DNA of 63,473 nt, filler included, from Choristocarpus tenellus KU-1152 (Eukaryota; Protista; Phaeophyceae): the NCBI GenBank assembly GCA_964200185.2. It is 7 parts of 7 records of this genome, joined end to end, with 100 filler letters (N's around TTAATTAATTAA, not from the genome) between each part and the next. Parts side by side here need not be neighbours in the genome. Positions count along the whole stretch, not along the records: positions 43,253 to 58,771 come from CAXNAD020000981.1; positions 58,872 to 63,473 come from CAXNAD020013837.1; 5 more parts are not named here. One strand, given 5' to 3'. Positions within the stretch are counted from its first letter, which is position 1; the number at the start of each line of letters is the position of its first letter. Both the position numbers and the translations under genes were made by a program. The notes under the pieces were generated by a model that was not told the DNA's origin, ran no database searches, and was given only the letters and a program-made list of their open reading frames with translations. Positions 51,603 to 63,156 of this stretch are shown in pieces.

Positions 51603-53029
51603 TTCTCTGTTTTCAATCAACGTGAGTGTTTCTAACATACAAGAGAAGTCAGTATTAATGTTAGCATTCGGCCTATACAAGACACTGAAAGGGCGATGAC
51701 CTCATGCGACAATATCATGCATACAGCAAAATCATAGGGAGAAGGATATCAATATTTGAATCACAATTTGGCGAAGATGTTTAGGGTTTGTCCGATCTGA
51801 TAAAATTACCTCAATAGGACACAGGAGAAATTAGAATTCACCCCGGAGCACTCAGTATCCTCTCCAAATTGCTTGACAGTGCTCTGATTATAATTGTTTC
51901 CTTCTCGCACCTTTTTCCTCAAAAAGACTCTTCGACCAAGCGAATTCTGGGAACAATACGTTAAACCCCCCAAAAGTTATTTTTGCACTGGTAGGCAAAA
52001 CCATTGAAGAAATAGGTTTGGTTCGATTCAATTCAGTTTTCAGGACCAAACCAAAAATGAACGTGTAAGATTTCTAAACCGGGCTGGGAGATTAGACTGC
52101 ATACCATAAAATCAAGTGATTTGAACTCATTCACGTTAAAATTCTGCTAGATAGTGCTTTATCATGGATCGTTCTTGTGTGTTCTCACTAATGAATTAAC
52201 TCTTTTACTTATGTCTGGCCTCTCTCCATGCAGGCTCAAGCAGCCCTGGAGCATGGATGGTGCGAACCGTGTACGTGGTGTAACACGCCCTACCACTGTG
52301 ATGTGGAGACGTTTAGCAAGCCCCCATGCCAAAAAGGCACATACCCAGTGCCTTGTACAAGATAAGGATGCACAATCTTGCAATTCTTCTTAATGATCAA
52401 ACATACTGTGTTGCTTTGACCATATATTCTGTGTATGGTCTCATCTGCACAACACTGACAACACATTTTCCTATGTAGGTGCAAGGTGGCCCGTTATGTA
52501 CGGGTCTAGTGATGCAACTACGTAAGACCTATTTGCTTCATGGATTTGGGGCAGGCAGGCAATAGGGAAGCTATCCAGAGGGCACATAGGAGAACAGATC
52601 ATTGCTTTGGGTCCATGTCATTGGCTATATTGGCGATAAGATATTTCTTGGATCCTGCAGCTCTTTCACTTACACAATCTGGAGCAAATGCCATGCACAT
52701 ATGTGTGTGGATCATAATTTCACCATTAATCAAGTACAATCGTGTTTGAGTATCTGTTTGCATGCATGGACAAACTTATCTGTGACATAGGTATCCCTTG
52801 TAATCATGTACTGAGTATTAATTTCACGTTTGTCCATTACATATGTTGGAATTAAATTATATATACCAGTATTACTTTCTTAGGGTTAGAAAACCAGTCA
52901 AGAATGTCTGTCAGGAATCTGCGAGTGAAATCAGTGGATAGATTGCTCCACTTTTCATTACACCAATTTGCAAATGAGCTCCTAGTAGGTTAGGGTTAGC
53001 CCTAACCTTTTATTTTTTTCCATCAAAAA

Positions 53030-54230
53030 GGTCTTCGGTGTCGGGTCGCGTTGTCTGTGACTCGTAATTCTGTCAAGAATCGAGCTCAGAGGGTATGGAA
53101 TGGTTTCAAAGGAGTGTTCAGGACAAAGAAGCGACTTCACTTCTTGTGCCCTTATGATGGCACGGTGATACCATGTGGTCTGGATGGTAATGAGTATCCC
53201 ATCCGTGGCACTCGAGAATGGGTAAAGAAGCTGTACCCCGTTGTGCAGGTAAACAATCCCGATCCGCTATAGATTAATCTTTTTTCCAAATTGACACCCT
53301 AGCCCTAACCCTAACACATTGGCTATCTTACGAGTTGTGTTTTCCCTTGCTTCATTGTCTGCATATAATAGTATACTGTTGTAGCCTCCTGTGTAACTGT
53401 TAAGGCTTTAGGGTTGGTGAGTAATCTAATAAAAGGTATAGTGTAGTGAGTTAGGGTTAGGGTTGGTAAGTAATCTAACCAAAGGTATAGTGTAGTGAGT
53501 TAGGGCTAGGGTTGGTAAGTAATCTAACCGAAAGTATAGTGTAGTGAGATGGCCTATTGCATCACCCGGTACTCTAGTCCTGTGTAAAACCAGTGTCTTC
53601 TGGATGGCAATTGACCTGAATATGGTTAAAGGTTTTTTGTGATTAGTAGGCAAATATTGATCTTCTCACTACAAATGCTAGGTTGAAGTTTGCACGAGGT
53701 CACTTAAAATTATGTTGGGTATTTGCCACTTTCCTAGATATCGGCCTGTCTAGCGTTCGGTTGATATCAGTAATTGACCTTCTTCAACACCATGTCTTGA
53801 ATAATTTACAAATTTGCTCACCCAGGTGACAGTTGTCATTGTTGCGGCGGCTTGCAAGACTGCTGGTGGGGTAGAGATACCTGTGAGTGAATTACTTAAC
53901 ACGTTCAAGGAGGAAATTGTTGTGGAGATCTCGGATAGGGTAGTGACTGACGAAGCTCTTCAAGGAATGAATGACGGTGAGGGGGACCTGGAAGCTGGGG
54001 TTCAAGTGTGTGTTAAGAGATCATATGAGGATCTCAAGGAGTTCATGACCAAGCACGAGGACAAACTGGAGAAGAGGCGTCGGCGAGGAGAGGCATATGT
54101 TGACTTCAGGGATGTGATGACACTGGTGGAGGATGGTCGGGGAGGGAGGGTGTGGGTGGGGAAAAATAACAAAAGACAAGTGGAAGGCACAGCTTCCTTC
54201 AGGATGATAGGAGGGTTGGAGCTAGGTTAG
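53030..54230 (+). pseudogene. C-terminal region of a brown-algal LRR-ROC-COR (ROCO) GTPase-like gene; probable remnant
   Basis: Exons ~53030-53248 and 53826-~54230 encode LHFLCPYDGTVIPCG..WVKKLYPVVQV and SYEDLKEFM..YVDFRDVMTLVEDGRGGRVWV, which resemble the C-terminus of Ectocarpus ROCO proteins as I recall it. No ROC/COR/LRR exons were recognised upstream. Confidence 0.65.
53408..53548. repeat. 49-bp tandem repeat x3 containing TTAGGG units
   Basis: GGTTGG anchors at 53412, 53461 and 53510. Confidence 0.9.
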
Positions 54231-56238
54231 GGTTATTTTATTGCAGTCTTCTCAATAGGTTGGGTTTGTGGAGTATTCACTGAGATTTCATGTTGCCAAA
54301 CGGAAAGTCTTGATACATGCATCGTTGATGTGTTGATTTCATTCGTGTTGTAGACCTTTTATATTTCTGCATGGCTGTGTAGTATATGCTCTACTTGCCT
54401 CCTTGTTATTTCTGACATTGATACAGGGAAAATTGAATTTCTATGATCTTAATAATATGTGTTAGTACCTGGTTGCAGCAATTGCAGTGTCTCTGGCTGA
54501 TGAGGAAATTATTTACAAAGCCAATTGTATCTCGATTGGTTGTAAATATTTGTGTGGCTTAATGGAGGACACAGCTGTCGATTGTTGAATTGTGTGTTGA
54601 TTGCTTGAGACTCTCAAGTTTTCACGTATTTTGGAGTTATTGTGCTGTTTTTTTAATCTTCATTTTACACATGGTTTAGGGTTAGGGATAGTGTTGCATA
54701 TTTTTCTGAGAGTATTTGCCCTTGTCTTTAATCCAGGACATTGATGAATTTGATATGCTTTGATGCAATACCTTGTGTCCATGCATAAGTCAGGGCATTT
54801 GAACTTTTCCTTCACTATTAAATGCGCAGTTCATGGTTGAAGGGGAAACAGTAGTTGATGTAATGATGTTTCATTTTATTTATCTACCAAATAAGTAGCC
54901 ATGACATGATTTGGGAGTAAGAGCAGAAAAAGTTTTTTTTTATTATGTTCTGGCTATTGAATGACAACTTTTTGTCAACTGCTTTGCTTCTTTAGCTCAA
55001 TTCCATGGTTTTGAGCATAACCGAAACTGAGGGAATAAGTTTCATACCTTTGGATTTCTAGTATGGCAAACACAGTATGACCATAGTGCGATAACTAAGT
55101 TGTTAATACCCTAATTCCTACAACAGTTATTTTATTTTGAGTTCTTAGTAACATGAATATGTAACACTTGTGAGTTTGGCTGAGAATATGCCCTCCATGA
55201 TGGTGCCCTAGGAAATGCATTTGTTTTGTCAAGGTGTGGATTGTCAAAAGTCCCCTTGGAACCAGTCAATGTAACTTTCTTACGGAATGCCCTACTGAGA
55301 CAATCTTGTGCCCAACGGTGAACCACAAGTTATTCGTATCTACAGCACTAAATTATAATCCGTATGGTATTTGTGCTATGATGTGTGCAGTCCCTACTTT
55401 GATATTTTGTGTATTTCCATACTAGGGTACCTTTTTTAACATTGAAGAGTACAATATTTCCCTCTATGGGGCAATATTTGAAATGTATTAGTGGACATCA
55501 CTTGGTTACCTGTTGAAAATCAACCCAACGTGTGTATGTGGGCCTTGTAATCGTTTATAACCCTAACACGGTGAATTCCTTTCTCATTTCCCTGCTACCC
55601 TGAACCCACATGATTCATTCCTTACAACCCTAACCCTACCACTTACGCCGAGATGTGACCTAATTCCTCAAAATATACATTAGGGTTAGGGTTTGGTTAG
55701 AGAAAGGATCAGAAATGAAACTCGATCTTGGTTACCAGACATATATACACACTTGTTGAAGTCGTTGGGATACTTAGGGTTAGGGTTAGGGTAGGGGATA
55801 ATTGATGACAAATTCGTTTATCACACTTACCTTTCTCCCTATCAATGTGAAAGCAGAGAGCTGGAGAAAGTAGGACTCTTAAATACAATAGGCTGTTGAT
55901 TTTCCCTAGATAACCCTAACCCTAAACCAACAAAATGGGATGGATGGTGAGATTGAGAAACAGTCAGACCCCAGTGTTGTACTGATGGAGATGTCTAGGA
56001 GTAGCTTGAGGGTGTGCATGCTGCCAAGACCCCTTGTCAACTTTGGGTCGGTAAGTGTGTATTAGCATTGCACTACATTGTTACAGACCTGTGGGTAGGG
56101 TTAGGGTTAGGGCCTCAGTTCAACCTGAGGTGCACTGTAGAGTTGTGCAGTGGTGGTTAGTGTAATATTTATATTTATTTGCATTTTTTGGGGGTTGATG
56201 AGAAACAGCATGTAGTTGTGTGATATGCAGTAAAGCAG

Positions 56239-56294
56239 TAGGGTTAGGGTTAGGTTTAGGGTTAGGGTTAGGGTTAGGGTTAGGTTTAGGGTTA
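56239..56294. repeat. Interstitial (TTAGGG/TTAGGT)n array, ~9 units
   Basis: Read directly. Confidence 0.9.
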
Positions 56295-56578
56295 TCTGCA
56301 GAACTGTAGTGATGGTATTGTTACAAACATTTCTCACTGTCAGTGTAGGCACTACAGACTATAGACCATGGACATTCTACCACGTGTGGACTCTCCCCTT
56401 ACAAGGATCACAGTGACACTTGACGTTATGCTCTACAATAATGGGGTTGGGTGGTGATTGGCCAAGCTCAAGATATAATATAACATGAAACCTTAGCCCT
56501 ACACTCTATCCAATGTCAACACTAGTGCTCTATGTATTGTACAATTCTCTTTTTTATTTTTCCATTTTTTTGTGTCAG

Positions 56579-56748
56579 TACTATACACCTGAGCAAGAGA
56601 AGCTGATGGTTCTACCTAGGTATGAGACTATCCTGCTGAGGGACCCACTTGATCTAGATCTGATACTGGGGGAATGGCCACCAACATCACTGATAGCCAA
56701 CACAACAGGCACGAACAACAACTCAGCAATCTCATTCGCCTCACACAG
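56579..56748 (+). CDS. Candidate exon of an unidentified or decayed gene
   Basis: Polypyrimidine tract + CAG, an open frame YYTPEQEKLMVLPRYETILLRDPLDLDL.., then a GT donor. No family recognised. Confidence 0.3.
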
Positions 56749-57245
56749 GTTATGCATGTCAAACCCTAACCTTGCCTAAGCTGGTGTGGGTGTTGTAGGG
56801 GAAGGGGGGGGACAGGAGTACAGTTCAGTTGGGGATAGAGATGTTGAAGGTTGAAGTATATTATTTTTTTCTAAGATTGCGAGGTGAAAGGTTAGAGTTA
56901 AGTCCAGCCCTAACCCTAGCAAGGATCAGAGAAATGGGGTGGAGAGAATATTCCCGTGGGAGTGACTCTTATTGGGATGGTGTGAATTACGGGTGATTCT
57001 ATTGGTCTAAATGTTCAATTGTTACACGTGACGCCTATATCTTAATGTGACTCTTCCTGTGGTGGTGGTTTTGATCTTTTGGAAGGTACTAGTATGCTCC
57101 TTTCTTATCGGTTGTATACTCCTATGGTGGGGGCCTACGTACATCATCATTTATATGGTACATCGTGCGTTGTTCACAATGTTGTCTTAGCATGGAACCA
57201 ACTACTGCAGTCCTAGCTACGGTTCTAATGGCAACCCTAACTATG

Positions 57246-57507
57246 GAGGTCAAAGTATGTAAGAGGGTAGAGCCGTGTCCATTTGGGGGCCAAAATCAAA
57301 TGTTGCAATTTTGATGTAATTCTGGCTATGATGTTTGTTAGGAGATGTCAATATCCTTGTTCCGGACACTCCCTTTCATAACGTATACATTTTACCTACT
57401 CCTAACCACTTTGGGTTAGGTAAAACGTCATAACAAATCCCTGTGGGAAGCCAAGCCTCAAATGGAATAACAGGGAAGAACTCGTACCCTCCAAAATACT
57501 TACATTC
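57246..57507. mobile_element. 262-bp MITE (type C) with ATG target-site duplication
   Basis: ATG|GAGGTCAAAGTATGTAAGAGGG..CCCTCCAAAATACTTACATTC|ATG; the interior matches the reverse complement of 34271-34531. Confidence 0.8.
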
Positions 57508-58078
57508 ATGGATCTGATTTTAGCTCTAGGTATGGTACTATGGACTAAATGTGGTCCTAACTACGATTCTATCTACAGTCCTAACCATGTTCCTATCTTC
57601 AATATGCCCTGGTGGTGGTACTCATGTAGTTGCCTTCAGCACATGTGCTGGAATGACCTTAACCAGTCTTCGTATGTGATAGAGAGGTGTATTGGAACCA
57701 TTGCTAACGGTCACATCAGTACCTTTTTTATGCATCTCCGTGTGCTGATGGCCATGATGGGAATGGACAACAAGCAAAGATACATCTATCCCTAATCCTG
57801 TTTCTTGAACTCGAACTTTGCTTTTGGTATTGTATATTGGGGTTGATATTTGACTCTGATTTTTCTTTTTCTAGATAGTAGAGCAAATGAAACCCTATTG
57901 CAGGGATGATAACAGGGAGCTATGGAGGGGATTGAACTATTTTAACGATCTTCTTGGCGATAATATTTTTATCTTTTAGACCGAGTTTTAAGGGTTAGGG
58001 TTAAGGTTAGGGCTAGGGTGAGCAATGTGCTGCTCCAACAAATTTTCGTGATTGCAAGGAAGATGTCGCTACTCTATG

Positions 58079-58263
58079 GGGTCAAAGTATCTAGGAGGGG
58101 GGGTGTCGGCATCCGTTTTTCACTCTTTTTTCGATTTTCACTTTTTTGTTGTGATTTGGTCGCACGTGTCAGATTTCAAATGTCAGCAAAAAAGGTTGTT
58201 TCACCGAAACGGACGCCCCCTCACAAACCCCCCCCCCCCCCCCCCCCCCAGATACTTTGACCC
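58079..58263. mobile_element. Complete 185-bp MITE (type B) with ATG target-site duplication
   Basis: Perfect 14-bp TIR GGGTCAAAGTATCT / AGATACTTTGACCC, G and C tracts just inside, and ATG on both flanks. Confidence 0.9.
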
Positions 58264-58742
58264 ATGACTATTCCTGAGGTGATGGGATCAATGTGTAGCT
58301 CTGATGATGTTTTGTTTGGTGGATCAGGTGTGCCACTGTATGAAATATTTCCCAATGCTAATGCTTTACTTCATTAGAGAACACGATATTATTGCCCATA
58401 AGAACTAGAGAGGCAGAACGTGTTGTGTTCTATCTTCTGGAACATTTTTGGTATATTACTGGCGTCATCGCTGCAGCCTTGAGTCCGTGGGAGGGGCCCA
58501 TATTTGTTTGTCGGAATCACCCATGTTAGGGTGAGGGTTAGGTTTGGCCAGTTGTAATTAATGAACTGACGGTCATCGAGAAATTGGAAGGTAAGAATTT
58601 ACACGAGACCTCTCATTGATCCAAATTTTGTTGCTTCCGTCCGAGTTGTGTAATCGAGTACCCTTCTCATATTTTTCCTCATTCTCTCAGTTTAGGGTTA
58701 GGGTTAGTAGTTGTATGTATTACATGTATTATGTACCATATA

Positions 58743-58771
58743 GGCCCAAAAGTATCTGTGGGGGGGGGGGG
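58743..58771. mobile_element. MITE terminus at the contig end
   Basis: GGCCCAAAAGTATCTGTGGGGGGGG followed by the linker. Confidence 0.65.
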
Positions 58772-58871
58772 NNNNNNNNNNNNNNNNNNNNNNNNNNNNN
58801 NNNNNNNNNNNNNNNTTAATTAATTAANNNNNNNNNNNNNNNNNNNNNNNNNNNNNNNNNNNNNNNNNNNN
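58772..58871. other. Artificial contig linker
   Basis: N44-TTAATTAATTAA-N44. Confidence 0.97.
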
Positions 58872-58931
58872 TGGCGACCAAAAAAACAAAAAAAAAGAAA
58901 AAAGGAAAAAAGGGGGAAAACCGGGCGGAAG

Positions 58932-58958
58932 CCCCCCCCCCCCCAGATACTTTGATCC
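58932..58958. mobile_element. MITE terminus near the contig start
   Basis: CCCCCCCCCCCCAGATACTTTGATCC. Confidence 0.7.
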
Positions 58959-59629
58959 TTATCTAGAGCATGAGCGCGAACAAACCCTTGGAATGGCGAT
59001 AAGAAAATAGGAATATGATTCAGGGAGGAAGGGAGGTTACAGGAAGGTTACAATATAAAAATAATACCATAAGTGCACACAGCAGTTTTCCTTCTTTTCC
59101 CTTCCTTTTTAGGAATATTGTTACTTTCAGGGAACTACCCAGCCTCACTCTTCCTCAACTTTATTCTTGCACTGGGGTGCTTGACATGAATAATTTAGAG
59201 TGCTTGGAGCACAGCACTCAAGGCCTGACTCTTCAGCAGTACTGTGATAAATGCTGAACATTTTGATACTCTACTTAGATCTGTGACCTTAGGCAGAGGT
59301 CTTCTTTCTTCATGTCAACCTCTTCTATCGATTGAGTCTCTGCTTCACCAAGGGTCATGGCCATTCTCCTGACCCTAGACTATCAGGGTTTTGTGGATGT
59401 TTACTTTCCTTAACACTGTCGATCTTGGGATCATTTTGTGACTATACCCTTTTCTTGGCACTTGTGAGCAGAAAAAACAGGTGATAACCAGCACTGGAAC
59501 TCCTTTTAGTAGATCAGTGACTGGACAGTATAATCACCTTTGAAATTTCCATAAGGAGGAGACCTATTTGCCCAGATTGCAGCAATATAGGTGATCGTAT
59601 GAAAATATCTTCAGCGGTATTATTCTCAC

Positions 59630-61006
59630 CTTAGCTCGGGGGTCTGCGCCAGCTTGGAGGAGAAGACTACAAGCACTAGAGTCACCGGCAGCTGCAGCAC
59701 AGTGCAAAGGGGTCCACTGGTTGGCGGCTTTGTGATTCACATCCCCTCCTGCCTTGATGAGCTTTAAAAGTGGGCACAGATTTAGACAGTTTATGATGAA
59801 ATGTTACCATTAAAGATTCAGATCAGTAGCAATTTTCATCCATACACTCAAATAACTGAGAAGACAATCCTATCACACATAGTTGATGTGTAGAATATTG
59901 TATGAGAACAACGATATATAGACAGTCACCTCAAGGTACATAACTAGTATTGAGCAATGGTAACAAGTACAGGGGATCCAGGGCAAGAGATTTAATTGCT
60001 CGTTTCAACATATTGATACATGTGCTTTACAAACTTGCTTCCAACAACGTTTTGTGCGAAATAAGGCACAATCGGAGCTCTGCAATAAAAGTCGACAGAC
60101 TGAGTAGGCTTCTCTACAGGTTTCTGTAGTTAGTTGCTCATTCTTGGGTATCTCGTACTTTCTATTCTGGCATTCTAGTGGTTCAACGTAGTTGTCCTTG
60201 TCACACCAGCTTTAACGAACAGGGGCTACCGTATTGTGGATTTATTCAACAGAAAGTGATTCACCTGGTCAAGAGGGCGAAGTCGTTTCCACGTAGCTGC
60301 ACGATGTAGGGCTGTCCTGCCATCGTGACTTTCTATATTAAAGTCTGCATTATTTACCAGGAGGACTCCTACAATCTTCTTGTGTCCCATTCTGCAAGCA
60401 TGCATGAGAGGCGTCCAGCCATTTACGTCTTGGGCGTTAATATCTGCACCCGCAGCAAGAGCCTCTTCAACAATAGACAGATGACCCACCTGCGCCGCCC
60501 TGGTAAGTCATTATAAAAAGCGGAAGAGGGTTGCCTAAAGAAAGTCGGTTTTGACAAAAAGTTGTTACTCGGTAGAGAAAATTACTACATTTTTTCTCAA
60601 CGAGTGGATTGGTTCGAAACACCCTCCTTCACTGATACTCTGTCAAATACAGGCTTTCTTCAACAGGGTTGGCAAGGGAAGGGTGTACTTCGTAAGACTC
60701 ATAAATTGTTGAGCTGTGCATGCACGAACAATGCGCCATTGGCAACCTATCGCGGTACAGACCATGGAAATGCAATTCCACTTCGATTTCGTGTAGCTCT
60801 CTGTGACTCTGGACTTGAGAATATACCATCCGAGGAATCTGATTGGTGCGAACAACCTGTTTGGTCCTGCCTGGTGCTTACCAGTGCAAGCAGGTCATAT
60901 CTTCGGTGTCTCTGCGGTCTGGGCATTTGAGGTGGCGCCTCACCGTGACGACATCACCAGTCCTCGAGGCCGAGTGGATGGGGTGGTGCGAACCTCCTTG
61001 CCCCAT
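59630..61006 (-). CDS. Ankyrin-repeat protein with an N-terminal myristoylation motif; last exon(s) unresolved
   Basis: Exons 60882-61006, 60265-60499 and 59630-59761 encode MGQGGSHHPIHSASRTGD..DMTCLHWAAQVGHL..GWTPLMHACRMGH..GRTALHRAA..QWTPLHCAAAAGD (5 ankyrin repeats). Confidence 0.88.
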
Positions 61007-63029
61007 CCATAAAATCGAGAAGGTTGTCAGCCTGTCCCGTTATCCATCGGTAAAATGATGCCTTGTTGCCACGTCGCAGCGGTTGAGACTAGAAATCCTA
61101 GTTGTTTCCCAGGTAGTTCTCAGGTCTATGCTCTCAAAGACAACGACAGTCGTCTATATCATTTACTTTTGACTTTCGACTCTATTTTATCGAAGGAGGT
61201 TTCATTTCAGACCACTACCTCTTCTAACAATAAAAATTATCATGCGAACTGAATGTCAAACATATTTTGTTCCAAATAACGTACTACTCAAAAGGAAGAT
61301 ATGATATATTGAATTTGCCGTGCTCTTGGTCTAAGGGGTTGTGAAGGCGCCCGAGGGAATGACATACGTTTGACATATTGCCCAATCTTGATGGTCTGTT
61401 GTGATACGGGTTGATGCTACTTTGTGATATCAAATCGGGAAGGTAAGTCGTGAGATAGGTTGATGCATGTATGTTCTTCTTCTCGAAGGATATATTTTGA
61501 AGTACTCCTAATTTATAATAGTCATAAACTTCTCTGAGGCTGTTGTTTGTGGGTATAAGTTTATTCCCTGCAATTTTTCATCTCGATTGTCGATTTTGTG
61601 TGCGACCTCTCACAAGCAGGTAACATAGGATTACTAATTTTTAATTGAAGGGAGAGACAGGGTTTAGGGACTTCGTCTGATGATGATGATGATGCAGAGG
61701 TCACTTTCTAGGAGGGTTTTCCTACTTTGAAGATTGAATTCATGTTAGTATCAGTAGTTTGTCAGAGTAATTTTTACTTTGATATGGTTGATGTTGTGGC
61801 ATTAGTAATCCGAGTATAGTTATCATATTAATGTGAGTTGTGTTTAAGTTGTGTGTAGTAGTGCATCCATACAACACGTTGATGTTCATATTATGTCCAA
61901 GACACTCTTCTATGTACAAATAAAAAGTATGTAACATACTACTTCCACTATTTCAATTACTACTTCTAGAGTATCTCCTATCTACACCAACCATTCCATC
62001 CTTTTGATTATTACATAGTCAATTCTTGTTATGTTGTGAAAATAGCATATTTTTCGTTGTACACAAACAATAATTTTATTAGTTGGTTTGTATCGAGATC
62101 GTTGTTAACAACACTCACTATAGTAGTGACACATCTGCAAAATGTCAGAGGGCATAATAATATATATAGTAGTAGTCGTAATAGTGGACACTACTTAAAC
62201 TCAATCCCCTCATCTCGTTGTTGCCATTTGTCATTGAAGAGCTAAGTGTCGTTTCAAAGGGCAAGAAAAAAAATGATGTGAATTTTAAGAACAGGCTTGG
62301 ATAGGGATGTTGATAAGAATAGAGGTCCAAGGAGGTGATAGGTAATAGGTGAGGTATTTGCTTGTACTCTAACACAGAGGTTTCAAATCCATACAGTAAG
62401 GCTTCGGTACTACTCCTCGACCCCTATTTTAGCTGGCTTCAAAACAAGATTATAGCGGTTGACTGCATCGCTCTACATATTCCATCGTTGTTCTGGGTTA
62501 CCAGGATTGAAGGTCCTCTCACTGCACGTCCTCCCCCATTTGCACTGCTGAATCTAGATCCGCCTTCAACAAAATCAAGAATATCTCTAGCATAGATTTA
62601 CAACAGCATCTGGCTGAAGTGAGCCGCTGTAAGCTCGTCAAGGGTCTGATTGATATTTTTTTGAAGTGACCTACCTCTTGTTGGGTGGGTCAAGGCAAAT
62701 AGGTACTTTTGAGTTTATTCTGTAGAAGTGTAGAAAATTTTGAGTATGGTCTACCTATACTCTGATGCACCTTCCGTATCCAAGCATTTGCTGATTTTCG
62801 AATTGTCGTTGCTACCTTCTTTCCCGATTGGTTACATATAGATTCAACTTGTACGCATATAAGGGCTAGGGCAGGCGCCGTTTAGTACCTGAGCGAGACT
62901 TCTGTTTTGCACATCAGCTATTCTGCGACGGAGTCGCGCTCTTCTGGATAAGGTTTGCGGCGGTGGAGTGTGAAGTGAGAGTTGAAATAAAGGCTTGTGG
63001 GATCGATCCAACAGCCGAGCGAGTCTAAA

Positions 63030-63156
63030 ATGTCCACAGGACGTGTGTGTCACTTCAAGCTGGTACTCCTGGGCGATACTGCTGTGGGGAAATCTTGCTT
63101 GGTCGTGCGATTTGTACGGGATGAGTTCTTCGAATACCAGGAGCCCACCATTGGAG
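63030..63156 (+). CDS. RAB5: Rab5-family small GTPase, first coding exon
   Basis: [42 protein letters not shown] then a GT donor. P-loop GDTAVGKS and Rab5-type effector region [10 protein letters not shown]. Confidence 0.93.

Noticed and set aside
51822-51900. Possible degenerate LRR exon upstream of the ROCO remnant (PGALSILSKL)
   Set aside because: The match is too weak: no LxxLxLxxN pattern and no clean 72-nt exon.
58743-58958. Left and right MITE ends facing each other across a linker as one split element
   Set aside because: The flanking triplets differ (ATA vs TTA) and such ends are common at contig breaks, so adjacency is not supported.
62370-62660. Coding-looking minus-strand stretch between the ankyrin and Rab5 genes
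   Set aside because: It has several stops and no recognisable family; it cannot be supported without a search.
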